DNA of 64,000 nt from the human T2T-CHM13v2.0 reference genome, Homo sapiens: assembly GCF_009914755.1 (NCBI RefSeq), contig NC_060928.1. One strand, given 5' to 3'. Position 1 is the first letter of the stretch. Each line of letters opens with the position of its first letter. Shown in pieces: positions 1-26,625 of the stretch. The notes below the pieces were generated by a model. That model was not told the DNA's origin, did no database searches, and was given only the letters and a program-made list of their open reading frames with translations. A program made the translations under genes and the position numbers.

Positions 1-411
1 GATCCCACTTATTTGAGATACTACATAACAGTAGAACTGATTATCTTTCTACAATTTTTTTAAAATCTGAATTTGGAAACATCTGTGCCCTTAGAGCTTG
101 GGATAAAGCATTATAAACTGTACATGTAAGGGAATTAATAAAATGACGGGCCAGGTAAGCCAAGGCAGGTCAGATAGGAAATAAAGACTTGAGCAGTTAA
201 GACACAGTGAAAAAAATTGGGCCACCGGATTCCGGGTCCCTGTATGGCAGATTGTGGGGTGGAAGTGCTAGAAGTGAGACAGGAAGCCTGGGAGATACAG
301 AGCTGGATGCTTTCAACTGAGAATCCGAATGGGGTACAGTTACAGATAATGACGAGTGCAGACCCTACAGTAGCTGAGGATGTCAAGGTGAGGACATCAA
401 GAATAATCCAT

Positions 412-815
<404 letters not shown>

Positions 816-1319
816 TTAACATGTGACTGCCTCAAAAGGGAGTGGTGGCCAGTGTCGTCTGAGAGCTTCAGCTGCCGACGAGCTGCCTGCTGACAGGTGT
901 AGGAAGCAGAAAGGTCGAGCGTGAACAATGGGAACAACACTTACCCATGGGGGTGACATCTAAAGAGAAAGCAGCCTCCACCCGACCCTGCTTCAGGGGA
1001 AGCCACGTCCTCGGGTCGGTTAGGACCAAAAGATGAAGAATTTAGGGATGCAAAATATTTTGCTGATAACTGCCAAGGGGATCAGAAGACACAGAGGAAG
1101 AATTTGGGGGATTCTGCAGGGTTTTGAGCCTGGGTCATCCCAGGAAATGTACAGAGCCATGTGAGGATGAGACTCCAGTGTGGGAGGATGACCTGGGGGT
1201 GTCTGCCTCGCCACCTGCCATGACTGGGATAAAATGGAGTAACTGGCTCAGTCCTAATGATACGTAACAGCAGCATTTTTGCAAAAAGAGCTAGACCTGC
1301 TCATAAGATTGAGTAGTTC

Positions 1320-1925
<606 letters not shown>

Positions 1926-4725
1926 GCATAGTTTAATATTTAGCGGGAAAAGCGGAAAAAGAGATTGGAACCAGATTAGTGTGGTTGTCAAAAAAAAAGC
2001 TAAAGTGTTTGGACGGGGGGTGTGGGTACGTATGCTTTAGAATCCATTAAAAATTGTTAACGGAGGCAAAAGATACGATCTCATTAGTGTTTTAGGAAAA
2101 TAGGTGGTTGCAATAAAAATGATGGATTGGAAAGATAAGAAATTAGATGTGAAGAGTCAGCTTAGAGACCTTGGCACTTCTATAGGGGGACATATCAATG
2201 CCTAGAGACCCCTTTGCTTGAGAAAGCATAAGCCATTGAATGTTATTAGAAATAATTAAAGTGGTAACATTGAAAAGATACTAAATATACAATTTTACTT
2301 TCTCTCCGAACACACTGTAAGTAGGAAAAAGCATATTAACAAAAACAGCAATCTAATGTCCTGAAATAGACCTGTGAAAAGGCTTGCAGGTAAAAGAAAC
2401 ACAAGGAAGACACAGAGACAGGAAGGAAAAGAATATTTAGGCACATTAAAGAGATTTAACCCACAGGACTAGGACTCACACAGTAAGAATATGATGCTGG
2501 TAAAGAAATGGGGCTTCACACAGGGGAAGAGTTCAGAAAAAGGACTGAGGGTTGTGGTCCAAGATGGAACCAGAGAATTTGAGAATTCTTTTCTATGACA
2601 ATTTCAAAAATCACTTTCCCTTCTTGAAATGTATGATTGACCTTTCTGGGTGAAACCCTACGGGCTGGGGGAAGGAGAATCACCTCCTAGGGGTTATACC
2701 CGGGAAGGCACAGGGGAGACGCATTCCAAGTCCTGAAGAGCTCCTGGATTGGGCCAGCAAGACATACTTTTAGCATCCTTCCATGACAGTGGTTTCTTGA
2801 CTCTTTTTTTTTTCTTGACTCTTTCTTAAGAAAAGAATAAAGGTACACCCAGAACCCCATTGGATACCTACTCCTTGTTTGCATTCATTAGAGAAAGGAC
2901 TCTCAGCAGTGGTGAAGCTTTATCAGTACCCTGCAGAAAATCCACTGAAACCAAGGTCCCTGCCTCTTAGTTCACGATAGGCACAGTCCTCCAAGCCTGT
3001 TTGCGCCTCTCTTGCATTCTGATTTACTGCTTGCTCCTCACTTACCTCCTCCTTTGTCCTTTGCTGTTCAAAGACTGCACTTGTAAATTGGGTAATTCGA
3101 GTTTGATCCTGGGCTGCCCTCTCTTCTACCTATACTCATCCCCAACATTAGGGCTACTAATACCATCTGTAGTGAAAAGGGTCACGAAGAAAATAAGCCA
3201 AGGGGATATGATAGAGATTGACTGAGTCAACTCAGGCACATTGGCCCCGATGTCACACTTAAGCTGAGATCAGAATGCTTGGAATAATCTGGGACATAGA
3301 ATTTCAGACAGAAGAAAGACAAATGCAAAAACCCTGTTGCCAGTTAGAAAGATGGATGTAGCTGGAGAAAATTCTGACATAGTTCATTACTGCTTCACTG
3401 CATCACTTTCCTGGGGATGGGACAGCACGGCATGCCTGAAGAGCTGAGGGGCTGCACTGGTTTCTTTATATCGACTACATCACCTAAGTCAACCTGTTCT
3501 AAGGCACATTTGGTGGATTCTTTCAGCTAAAAAAAAAAAAAAAAAGAAGAAGATAAAATATTTAAGTTCCAAATCAAATATGGTTTGAGTCCCTGATGCT
3601 CACATATTTACTCATATTGATCCATTTCCAATTACACACATAAACACATTTTTCAAACCTTTCTGACCATTACAAAATGCTGGTCACTACCCACTAATTG
3701 GTTCCAACTTATAATGAAAATCATAGATTTAAATCCTAAAATTAAAAGAAAACTATACATAACTGTGTGTCCCACAACTGCTTATTTTATACCTTTTTCT
3801 TTGCCCAAATAAGGTGGAACCTGTATTATTTACAGGCTGATATCATTTGTTCTCATCATTTCAGACATAATATAAAACAATAACCAGTTCTACAATTTCC
3901 CTATTTAGACTATATAGACCTTGTAAAACCTGGAGGCTCCAATGTGCCTCAATGATATTTTCCTGGACAGATGTGCATTTTAAAGTATTGGTTTAAAATC
4001 CACATTATGGATACAAAAGACATCTAAAGGCTGATGATATGATATAAAATACATCCCTAAAAGCCAAGTAATTCCATGTAGGAAGGGATAATATTGAAGT
4101 TTCTGAAAGAAAGGCTTTCTTACAAGCGGTGATTCTTGATTTGAGTCTTGTAAAAGGTATAAACTTGGAATGGGAGGGTGGTAAATTTTATAGAAAGGGT
4201 GATATTAGCGAGGATATCGCAAGGCGTAAATTATACTTTCTAGGCTAGAACTGGAATGAGATTGTGGAGTTCATATCTGTGCATTAGCTGTGTCCTAAAT
4301 GCAAAATGGCCTCCTGGATCAAATCCTAGAAGAAATAAAAAGTACATGAGTGGAAAAGCATGATGAAGACCAAATAAAGTCTGGAGCTTGGTTGACAGGA
4401 TTGCACCATTGTTGATTCTGTATTTTGATAAATGTACATTGGTTGTGTAGGATGTTAACATTAGCGGAAACTGGGTGAAGTATATATGGAAACTCAATGT
4501 ACTATCTTTGCAACTCCTCTATAAATCCAAAGGTATGTCAAAATAAAAAGAAAAAAAGACCACACCGTCTGAGGTTGACTCAAAAGATTTTGAGGGAAAA
4601 TTTGAGTGATGGTCTAAAACAAAATGGAGCAAGCTCAGAAAATTTACTCCAGATAAGCCCAATTTTAGTAGGTTTCTTAGCAGAAAGGCAAGGGGTGTTT
4701 GGGGAAAGGGAGGTTATGGGAATAG

Positions 4726-5768
<1,043 letters not shown>

Positions 5769-6147
5769 TCACTGTCAAAGTCTGAGGAGAATCTGGGGTC
5801 TAAAAAATAGCCTTAGGCCCTATACTTAGACCCACTGCTAAATTCTCACAGATAATCAAATGAGACCATATTTATATGGTTATAGCTTTCATGTAAAGAG
5901 CACAAAAGTTTTTGAAAATATACAACAGGACGATAAGTCTCATTCTTCTCAGTGTGAAGTACCAAAAGGCTTCCATGTAGATTTTAGATTCTACTTAGAT
6001 TGTTTTTTGAAAAGCAGAGTTAAATATGCCTTTTAAAAATCATACTCTACTAAGATATCAAATTCCAAGTGGAAACATACATTACTGACTGGTGGGTTAT
6101 TCTTTTTTTCACAGAAACTCTAAAAATATGTTTAACAAGCTCTTTAG

Positions 6148-6478
6148 GCCAGTTATGGTGGCTCACGCCTGTAATCCTAGCACTTTGGGAGGCCGAGGCA
6201 GGTGGATCACAAGGTCAGGAGATCAAGACCATCCTGGCTAACATGGTGAAACCCCGTCTCTACTAAAAATACAAAAACTTAGCCGGGCGTGGTGGCGGGC
6301 GCCTGTTAGTGCCAGCTACTCGGGAGGCTGAGGCAGGAGAATCGCTTGATCGCTTGAATCCAGGAGGCAGGGAGGCGGAGGTTGCGGTGAGCCGAGATTG
6401 TGCCATTGCACTCCAGCCTGGGAGACAGAGCCAGAGTCCATCCAAAACAAAAAACAAAAAACAAAAAAACAAAAAACA
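6148..6478 (+). mobile_element. Alu
   Basis: Full dimer, TSD AACAAGCTCTTTA. Confidence 0.95.
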
Positions 6479-6857
6479 AGCTCTTTAAACAACTGACTGA
6501 ACTTGGCAAATTAACTTTATCTTTACATTTTGTATCAGGATAGCAAGATTTGGGTTCTAAACTCTGCTCTGTAAACTAATACCTATAGGGCTTTGAATAA
6601 GGCATTTGTCACTACTGACTTCACATTTCCTCATCTATAAAATGGATAATAACAATCCCTAAGGTGCTATCAAGATCAAACAAGCATGTAAAAAGGCATT
6701 ACAAATCATAGCCAATAATAACATGGAGAGATTTCTTAAATGAAAAATACAACTACAGAGTTTGCAAAATACCTTAATGTAAAATACTATATTAGACCAC
6801 AGTGACGCATATCAAAGGAGCAAGATGGGTTCTTTTGTTGTTGTTTTTGTTTCATTT

Positions 6858-8364
<1,507 letters not shown>

Positions 8365-10193
8365 AACACTTGGGTTCTAATCTGAGTTTAGAAACTTATT
8401 CCTGTATAAAGTTTCTTTGTGCCTCGGGGTTATTTTAAAACGCAAATGAAATTATAATAACAGTAATAATAACTATTTTAGAAATTTGATTTCAGATAAA
8501 ATGAGACTGTGCGTGTATTCAATTTATATTAGCTAAATCAAATAGAAATAAGCTGAAGCTCTAATAATGAAATAATGTTTTACAAGTTTAAGGTTAATAA
8601 GCATTTATAGATAAGGCATGTTTTCTTACAATATTCCGTTCCCAGGGCTCCTGGACTGAAGATCGAAGTTCTTCCCATGGCCTACGGGGTCCCAGAGTCT
8701 GGGCCTGCATAGCCTCTCCACACTCGCCTCCACTCATCTCAGGTCCTTCCATAACTATTCCCTCTCCTGTCAGGGAGGCTCTGCCGTCCACGCTGATTCC
8801 TGCAGATCAGGGAAACCTCCCCTAACTTCCCGGCTCTCCTATGTGGCTCCCACAGCACCACGCACCTCTCCTTCATTGTGCTAATAATAGCTGCATTGTG
8901 ACACTTACAATCATGATTATTTGGCTGGTATCCTCTGACTGTCTTTATTTACAATGTGGATATTTTGTTCTCTATAAATTGTTGCGTTGATTTTGATTCT
9001 TTTACATGCCAGGTTAAAATATTACTAATACTGATTACTGAGGGTGTTTTGTTTACAAGTGAGTTACTCACCTCAATCTAGTTCTTACCCTCCTGTTCTG
9101 ACCTGGCCATTCCGCATTCAAACCCCAGGAGGCCAGGAATACGTATCCACCAGGGCCTAGAACCTCCGCCTGTGTAGGGGAGAAACTCAAATCTGTATAG
9201 AGTGAATTAATGCATATCTATAGTTTTTGCATTTTAAGGGTTTTAAGGAAAATATTGATTTGTAACACAGATAAAATGGTCGAAATACAAGTGTTTTAAG
9301 TGACCATGATGTTACTGGCAGAAGAATCACTATGACTAAAATTCCAGCAATGGACAACACTTTTTCTATGCATAACCTCTTTGTGGTCAATTTCAAGACA
9401 GCCCACTTCTGTTTCACGGTTTAATTGGTTCTCGAGCTCATTTAGGAGAAATTCAATTTCCTTTGAGCTGAGTTCATATCACAACAGATGAGTTCATTCG
9501 TTTTGGTTTCTTCTTCAGGCCCATGGAAAGGAAAGCTAAACGATAATGGGAGCAAAAATAATCTATGGAAGAGGTGGAGTGTGAAATGTAAAATTAGATT
9601 TTCTAAACATGCTGTCTCTAATGCCCAAACAGAGCCACACCCAAGCGATCAAATGGAATCAGTGGTAGGGGAGGCGATTATAAATCAATCTAGTTTATGG
9701 GATGCACTGTGTGAATGGTTAAGGGAGTGATAAAGGGTGGTTTCCGACAACCCAAAGAAAGGATCCTCGGCTTGAGCTAAGTGTGTGTGTTTCCATCTAG
9801 TGAGGAAAGGGGCTTTCAATGACATTGCCACTTAAAGGCTTACAAAGAAGGTTCTGGTCAACATTCTTCGGTTCATTGAAGTATTTCTTATCGAAACCCA
9901 AATGTTAACATTTTTATCTCCAAGGGAAACAAAAAAAAAGGCTGGTGGAATTCCCCTGTAGTTTCTAAAGAGGCCACAGCAAGGCGCCATAGAGACAGAA
10001 GGAGGGAAGTTGAGGGAAGTCCTTCTGACTGGTAAATCGGCTTTCTGACCCTCGTCTGCAAATAATACATTCTAAGGTAAGGAACTAAGGAAGCTTTATT
10101 GAAATCGGATTTCAAATGGAGAGGTCCTGCTATGCCTACTGGAGGAGATCAGGGAATAATAAATATTTCCTTCATTGAAAATTATATCCTATT

Positions 10194-10556
<363 letters not shown>

Positions 10557-10987
10557 TTATTGGCCAACCTCAAAATTGAAGCTTATTCAGAAACAGATTT
10601 AAAAAAAGAAAAAAGTGGAGAACTGCTCCCAGATATATATGCAGAAAAGCTTCAAGTCAACATTTAGGAGGTTTTTAAATATCGATCTGGGTTTCGTTCT
10701 AATGGTCTGGGTGTACTTATACGACCTATTACATTTCACTAGACTGTAGCCAATAGTGAGCGTTGACTGACCATTGCTTTCAAAGTGAGTTGTGTTGCCT
10801 TTAGCAATACAGTCACATTAATGGCCAGAAAAAGAAAAAAGAAAACAAACACTGGGGGTGTTTGAAACAACTGGGGGTAGGGTGGGGTGGGAAAGGTGTG
10901 GGGGTTTGCGTTCGAGTCAACCTCTATTTCGGGGGGTAAAAACTGCCTCCTCCGCTTGATTTTTTTCCTCGATCTGCAAAAGCGTAA

Positions 10988-11290
<303 letters not shown>

Positions 11291-11421
11291 TAAAAGGGTA
11301 AATGTGATTACACCCACGCGTATTTGTTCAACAGACATTTATTGAGCGCTCACCACGTGCCAACGCCGGGCGTCTGGGCTCTGGAGGCGCTGCCACGTGG
11401 CGGATGCGCAGTGCCCGGCGG

Positions 11422-11575
11422 CCGGGCTGAGGGGTGAACGCGGGGGTCAGGGGGCCCCGGGCTGAGGGTTTGCGTGCGGGCCGGGTGCCTGGGGGCCCCG
11501 GGCTGAGGGTGAGCGCGCCGCCCAGGTGCCAGGCGGCTCCGGGCAGAGAGTGAACGCGCGGGCCAGGTGGCTCCA
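11422..11575. repeat. imperfect ~35-41 bp GC-rich tandem repeat (4 units) in the promoter island
   Basis: CCGGGCTGAGGG at 11422, 11457 and 11498; CCGGGCAGAGAG at 11539. Confidence 0.75.
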
Positions 11576-11714
11576 GGGCGGCGCCCCAGGGCGGGGCCGG
11601 CCACGCCCTCCCTAACCCTGGCGGAGCTGATGGGTGGCTGTAGCCTGATTAGACCGCGTCAGTCCGGAGGGTGGGTCTTGGGAGGGGGCGCAGGGCAGTC
11701 CACGTTTCCACTGC

Positions 11715-11784
11715 AGTTTCTCCTTTGTTTTACGTTTGGGAGGAGGTGGCATTGGAAATAGCAGAGTGCTTCGCGGTAACAGGG
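11715..11784 (+). other. ZFP42: ZFP42 non-coding exon 1 (5' end approximate)
   Basis: Lies at the 3' edge of the CpG island and ends at the donor GGG|GTGAGT (11785). It matches my recollection of the ZFP42 mRNA 5' end. Confidence 0.8.
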
Positions 11785-12117
11785 GTGAGTCTTGTTTCAT
11801 GGAACTTTTTTCAAATGGGGAGAAGGGGGTTGTGTTGCTCACTACTTGGAATGTGTCGGTCAAAGGGGTTAGATAGTCAGGGAGGGGAAGCGTGTTCTCA
11901 TCCTGGGACCAGGCCGGAGCCGGCCTCGCCGGGAGACTTGTAGCCCTCGCCCTGCGGTGACCCGTGGCTGGCCACTGGCCTCAAATGTTGAAAACGGGCA
12001 GATGGGCAAGTAATACACTCTCAAGAAAGCAAGTGTCTGGCGGTGATTTCCTAAATTGCATTTTTTATTTTATTTCAAAACTTCATGTAAATATGTTTCC
12101 TTACAATATCTGGCTAA

Positions 12118-13471
<1,354 letters not shown>

Positions 13472-13675
13472 CACCCCGCCCCGACCTTTTTTTTAATAGC
13501 ATTTTTCTCAATCTGACATTTTTTGTTTATTTGCCCTTTACTGTCTGTCCCACACCAAACTTTGTGTTAACGAGGAACTTTGCATCTTTTTCCCTAAGTT
13601 CAGCACCTAGAACGAATACTAAATGTATATGAAGATTTCGTCCACATCCGCTTTTACCAGTATGTTTTCCATGTA

Positions 13676-14802
<1,127 letters not shown>

Positions 14803-14971
14803 GTTATTTCTGCTAACAGAAATTGGCTTGCCATATAAATAGTTTTCTTTTAGTAAATTAATAAATTACCATTTCAATGTTATATGTCATCCTCACAAGC
14901 TTGTATACTGCTATGAGAAATAGCATAATGCTCGGAGATCTGACAAATAAGAATTTAGCTTAGAAAGGTAA

Positions 14972-15376
<405 letters not shown>

Positions 15377-15529
15377 TAGGAAATTCCTTTCTATGTAACA
15401 CCCTGCATCATTAATAGCCAGCTTTTTTGAAACTTCTACATTAAATTGTCTAAACTCTCAAATAAATTCCTAGTAAAGTAATTATATAGGGTTGTTAAAT
15501 CAGAGATCAACAGCACAATGACTAATGCA

Positions 15530-15800
15530 TACTCATGATTTCATCTCACTAGACAAATGTACTGAGGCTGGAGCCTGTGTGAACAGAACAGAAGAGGCCT
15601 TCACTCTAGTAGTGCTCACAGTCCAGCAGGTAAGACAGACTTGAAGCAAGGGACACCAGAGCTCTGATCAGTGTGAAATAGGGAGCTAGGAGAACGTTTA
15701 GCTTTGGGACTCAACTGAGCTGAAGAATCCAGGGAAGCCTGCCTGAAGAGGTGATGTTTGCGCATTTGAAGTATGGATGGGAAGCAAGCCTCTGTGTGTG
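15530..15800 (-). mobile_element. L2 3'-end relic overlapping ZFP42 exon 3
   Basis: ACAAATGTACTGAG...GTGAACAGAACAGA...GCTCACAGTCCAG...AAGACAGAC follows the antisense L2 3' consensus pattern. Confidence 0.55.
15553..15629 (+). other. ZFP42: ZFP42 non-coding exon 3 (within an L2 relic)
   Basis: Acceptor tttcatctcacTAG|ACAAATG and strong donor CAG|GTAAGA at 15630. Confidence 0.8.
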
Positions 15801-15968
15801 TGTTGGAGGATAGGTGGTATTTTAGTGAGAAAAAAGAACATTTGTAATGGACTGATCTGATGCTTTACTGGAGAAAGTTTATTATGGCTGAATAGTGAAA
15901 TACAAGAGCTATAGATGGCAGGAGGTGAGCTTGGAGGGAAAAGCAGCAGTCAATTAAATTGCAGTTAC

Positions 15969-16201
15969 AGGTTGAGTATTTTTTATCCAAAGTGCTTGGG
16001 ACCAGAAGTATTATGGACATCAGATTTTTTTGAATGTTTGAGTATTTGCAAAATACCCAATATGAGCATCCCGAGTCCGAAAATTCAAAATCCAAAATGG
16101 TCCAATGAGAATTTCCTTTAAGTGTCATGATGGCACTCAAAAAGGTTTCATACTTTAAGCATTTCAGGTCCTAGATTTTCAGATTTGGGATGCACAAGCT
16201 G
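15969..16201. mobile_element. Tigger4a/MER46-type MITE
   Basis: CAGGTTGAGTAT...CTTGGGACCAGAAGT...AAAATCCAAAATG...GGGATGCACAAGCTG. Confidence 0.75.
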
Positions 16202-16324
16202 TTTTTTAAATGGACTAATTGGGGAGAGCAGCTCTGTGTTTAATCCTAGTAATTACCCTCCAAAGGTGCTAATATTGTGCTTCATAAATATTTTGAGATC
16301 TCCCTGGTTAATTTCACCTCTATA

Positions 16325-16618
<294 letters not shown>

Positions 16619-16643
16619 TAATTTCACCTTTTTAAAGGACACA

Positions 16644-16950
<307 letters not shown>

Positions 16951-17479
16951 AAAAGGACACAAAAAATAACATTAGTAGCATATAACATATATGTATTACA
17001 TATTTTTAAATACATTTTAAGAAATCTTAAACTTTTCCCCTACAGTTGGAACACATTTTGTTTTTATTATATGTATTTGTTTTTTACCAAAAGTAAATGA
17101 CATGCTTCTGTTGAGGTGTTTTTTTTTTAATGTGGTTATTTTAATTTTCATCCAACAACTTTTACCTTTGCCTCTTTTTTAAAGGCATATAATTTTTCTT
17201 CCTACAGAAAGACATCAGGACAATAAATAGGGAGATCTTTTCTCAGGCACACAATTGTAACATTAAGTAAGAGACTTTTATAGTCAAAGCAATAACATAT
17301 TCATGCTATAACTTTTATAACGTCATTGCTGTTAAATGTTTAAGGAAATGATAGGAAAGTCTTCAGGGCCAAGCTACCCCGTGCCTTTATTTTGGCATGG
17401 ATTCCTAAAAGTGGGAGCACCATTAATTTCATGTGTCTTATTCTCTGGATCCCCATTTTTTAGAACAATGAGTGGGCAC

Positions 17480-17658
17480 ACGATGGCCCATGGGCCAGTC
17501 TCCCTGTTTTACTGGAACACAGCCACCCTCATTCCTTTATGTGTTATCTGACTGCTTCTGTGCCGTGCTACAACGGCAAAGTTGAATAGTTTCAACAGAC
17601 ACCACAGGACCCACAAAGCTAAAATCTGGCCCTTTGCAGAAATAGTTTACCACCCCAG
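17480..17658. mobile_element. MER58A-type hAT MITE
   Basis: TTTTACTGGAACACAGCCAC...TCTGGCCCTTTGCAGAAATAGTTT. Confidence 0.65.
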
Positions 17659-17841
17659 TCTAGAAAGAACCTGGCGTGTAGCAGGATGCAACATATACTT
17701 GTAGAATGAATAAAAAGGTAATAAAATAACACGAGCTCACATAGCGGCCAGCATTTGCTGTGCACCATAATCCGTGCTAAGCACTTTGCATGCGTTATTT
17801 AATTTGAATTTCATAACAGTATTACATAAGAAAACAATAGG

Positions 17842-18201
<360 letters not shown>

Positions 18202-18667
18202 CTAGTGAAGGTTTGCCCGAGTGCCCTATTTAATATTGCAGGCTTCTGTTTCCTACCAGCCCCTTTGCTTACTCTTTCACACTTAGTCACCTTCTAACGT
18301 GGCATACATTGCTTATTTTCTATGCTCATGAGTATGTCTACTCCATGGAGGCATAGATGTTTGTATGCCTGTTTACTGATGGATCACAAACTGTGTAGCC
18401 TAAAATAGAGCTAGCACATAGTCCCACCCAACACGTGTCAGGTGAGCAATTAGATATAGAGGGTTCCAATAACTTGTGGGGACACCCAGATAAGATCTGT
18501 TTATGACTCATGTCTTACACAGAGCTCATTCTTGGTCTCTTGGTTAGTTTATCAGAGAAGACAAATGTATTATTGGAAAATGTGTCTTAGGTCATTTTTT
18601 GACAGTGGCTCTAATACTGGAATCTATTTTAACTAAAGGTTATTATCATAAAGCAGGTGTTTGCTGA

Positions 18668-19684
<1,017 letters not shown>

Positions 19685-20027
19685 TCCTCCAACAGGATGA
19701 AGCAGATTAACAGAAGAGTGATCAGTGACAAACATGCCTCATTGATTATTGTTTCTAGGAAGGAATTTCTAAATCAATATTGCAACCCCAAAAGCGGTTA
19801 TAATTTGGTGTTACTAAGATGCTCCTACACTTTGTGATACCGTTTTAAGGACATGGTGCATTTTTTTTTCTTTTATTTGTTTTATTTAGAACTTTTTTTA
19901 TTTGTTTTATTTAGAACTTTGTGTGTTCTTAAAGTGTGCTTCCAACAGGAAGGTCAGTGATAAATTTTCAAAAGCATAACCTTCAATATATTATCTGTTG
20001 GATTATTGGATATAAGACTTATTTTCA

Positions 20028-20745
<718 letters not shown>

Positions 20746-20969
20746 TTAAAAATATACTTCATGGTTCATGTCATAGCCCTAGAGAATGAAAAATTTGCAG
20801 TAGATAGTCAATAAATGAATCAGTAGTTAAATATTCCTTAAAGTCAACTGTATTTCATTGTGATTTTTGTTTTCTTTTTATCATTGTATCAAACTATATG
20901 GAAATCATATGGTTAGATGTGATTATTTGATAATGTTAGTCCATTTGAATCCATTTTAGATATTTCACA

Positions 20970-20975
20970 ATTAAA
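20970..20975 (+). terminator. polyadenylation signal ATTAAA of ZFP42 (alternative AATAAA at 20810)
   Basis: Hexamer at the end of the AT-rich 3'UTR, downstream of the UTR Alus. Confidence 0.6.
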
Positions 20976-21184
20976 GAATATGAAACTTCAGAAATATGCC
21001 AAGTCTGTATTTTAAAAAATCAAAGTCTACATTGAAAAGAGATACCATTTATTTGTTCTTAAAACTTAGCAAAATTCAACAGACTGATGTTCGGTATAGG
21101 TGAGATATGGCGGGAAGTTGGGCTTACGTGTGGTTGGATAAGGGATAAACTGTCACAGCCAGTTTGGAAATAAATTTTGTAATT

Positions 21185-21540
21185 GTGCTATATTCGTTTT
21201 TGAGCTGCCGTAGCAGTACTCCCAAGCTAGGTAACTTAGCAGAAATGTATTGTCTCGGTTCCAGAGGCTAGAGGTCCAAAACCCAGGTGTTGGCAGGGTT
21301 GGTTCCTTCTGAGGCTGGGAGGGAAGGACTGGCCCAGGCCTCCCTTTTTGGCTTTAAGTGACTGTCTCGTGTTCACATGGCATTCACCCTGTATCCCCAC
21401 ATCCCTTCACTCTGCCTGTGTCCGAACAGGGACACCAGTCATGTGGGATTATCACCCGTGCTGATGACCTCATGTTAACTTGACAAACTCTGAAGACCCT
21501 ACCTTCAAATAAAGTCACATTCTGAGGTACTGAGGTTATT
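21185..21540. mobile_element. MLT1B/C-type MaLR LTR
   Basis: GGTGTTGGCAGGGTTGGTTCCTTCTGAGG and AAATAAAGTCACATTCTGAGGTACTG motifs. Confidence 0.75.
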
Positions 21541-23215
21541 TGTACTAATGTACAAAGGGATCTGTTCAAGAATGTTAACTGAATAGTATTTTTAATAGTG
21601 ATAAACCCATAACGTAAATGTTCATTAAGGGGATATGGGCTGCATAATTCATGCCACTTTTGTTCAACAGCAAATGTGCAAGTCTCCTTCAGGGAGAGGG
21701 TCACAGCTGGAGGCAAGCCACAAAGAGGAAGTTTCTTGTTACTAACAGATGAGACGGGATCTGGTGTATTTTCTTGCTGTGGAAGGAAATTCAGAGAAAG
21801 TAGTTACATACGGATAAAGGGAGAAATTGTCTGAAGGTAGCTGATCTAATGTAGGGGTTAACTCATTTTTATCATTATTAAGTGAATCCCTGATTGGAAT
21901 CATCTCATAATGGCCAAAAATATGCTGCCATCAAACTTGAAATGCTTATTTGATTTTAAGATTTAAGACATCTCTGGAGGTAGTGCTAAGTGTACCATTA
22001 ATTTAATGGCTTTTCAGGAAATAACAATACCACACTAAGTAAATATATCAAACTTAAGATTAATCTTGATTTCTAAAATGCCAAAGTCTAAAATATGTCT
22101 TTAAAACAAGTAAAAAAAATCAAAGGCTTACATTTTGACGTCAGTATGAGCTAATTGCTACTATGGACTATGGAAATTACTTCTTAATTTGGTCTAGAAT
22201 TTCTAGTATCATTTTTACAGGAATGTGGGTACTGAGTGAGGAACACTGGGTACATAATCCATTTGTAAGTGGAATTTCCTCCAAATCAAACACCTGAGTA
22301 TAGAACTTGAGATGGGAATTTGGTATTTGATCAAGATGACAAAGCATATTCTCAGCTAGTTTTGCTTTCGTAGCACTGTGTTTGATTTGCTCTTCTGTGG
22401 GTTTCTACTTCAGAGATGAATTAGCACAGAGCACCTCTGAAGACCAGGCAAAAGGCAGGACTGAATAGCAGCCCTCAAGGCCAGAGGAAGTCAGGGGCAG
22501 GGTTTAGGCTGCAAGCTGGAGAGCCGAGATGCAGGGCACCGAGAGGGATGGATGGAGATGCTTCTTCCTGAACCATGAGCATTTCTAAAAGGTAGATCAG
22601 CCTTTACATAGTGGGAGCCAGTCTCCATCCCTCTTGCTGTTCTCAGATGGCTGTTCCTGTTCAGCTCTTTTCTAGAGCTGAAGGGTCCGAAACTCCCTGT
22701 TAACAACTCTAAAGCTTAAATGTGTAAGAAACAGCAATCTGAGAAAATGCTTGTGTATCTGGATCCCAAGGCTTAGTTAAATCCTGACTGAGGAATAGGG
22801 TGCTACTTAGCTAGCTTCCTAGCTGTTCTTGTTTTTGCTTTTCTTCCAAAAAGGAACCCTAAAACTGCTAAGAATGTAAGAGGATGCATGTGGATGCAAT
22901 GTGGATGTAAGATGCATGTGGATGCAATGGAAACAAAAAAAAAAAAAGGAAAAGGAGGTTAGCTAATGAGGATATATGAGGATATGTCACCTGAAATCCT
23001 TTGTTTATGGTTCAGGAAGAAATGTACATAGACTCTCCACATTTGTGTTTTAAGTAAGAACGAACACAAGATACCTGAACACATACCCAGAGAAAACTGA
23101 AAAAAGTCTCAGTTCATCTAGCTTTTCACCTTTCCAGGCACTGGCATTTGACAGACCCCAAATCCTGATAAATGAATAAAATGTTTTTCGGTTTTCAAGC
23201 TGGCATTTGGCTTCA

Positions 23216-26128
<2,913 letters not shown>

Positions 26129-26285
26129 AAAAAACTGAAAATCTTAAGGCAGAGTCCACTGCTTTCTTGGTATCACTAATACAGGCAATAGGAGGCACTT
26201 AGTAAATTATGGAATGAATAAATGTAAAAATGGAGCTTAACATGCTTTAAAAAGTACCTTAATAAAATTATCAAAATTAAATTAA

Positions 26286-26625
<340 letters not shown>

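Noticed and set aside
9676-9692. DUX4-like motif TAAATCAATCT upstream of ZFP42
   Set aside because: It misses the terminal A of the AATCA half-site; a single near-match is expected by chance.
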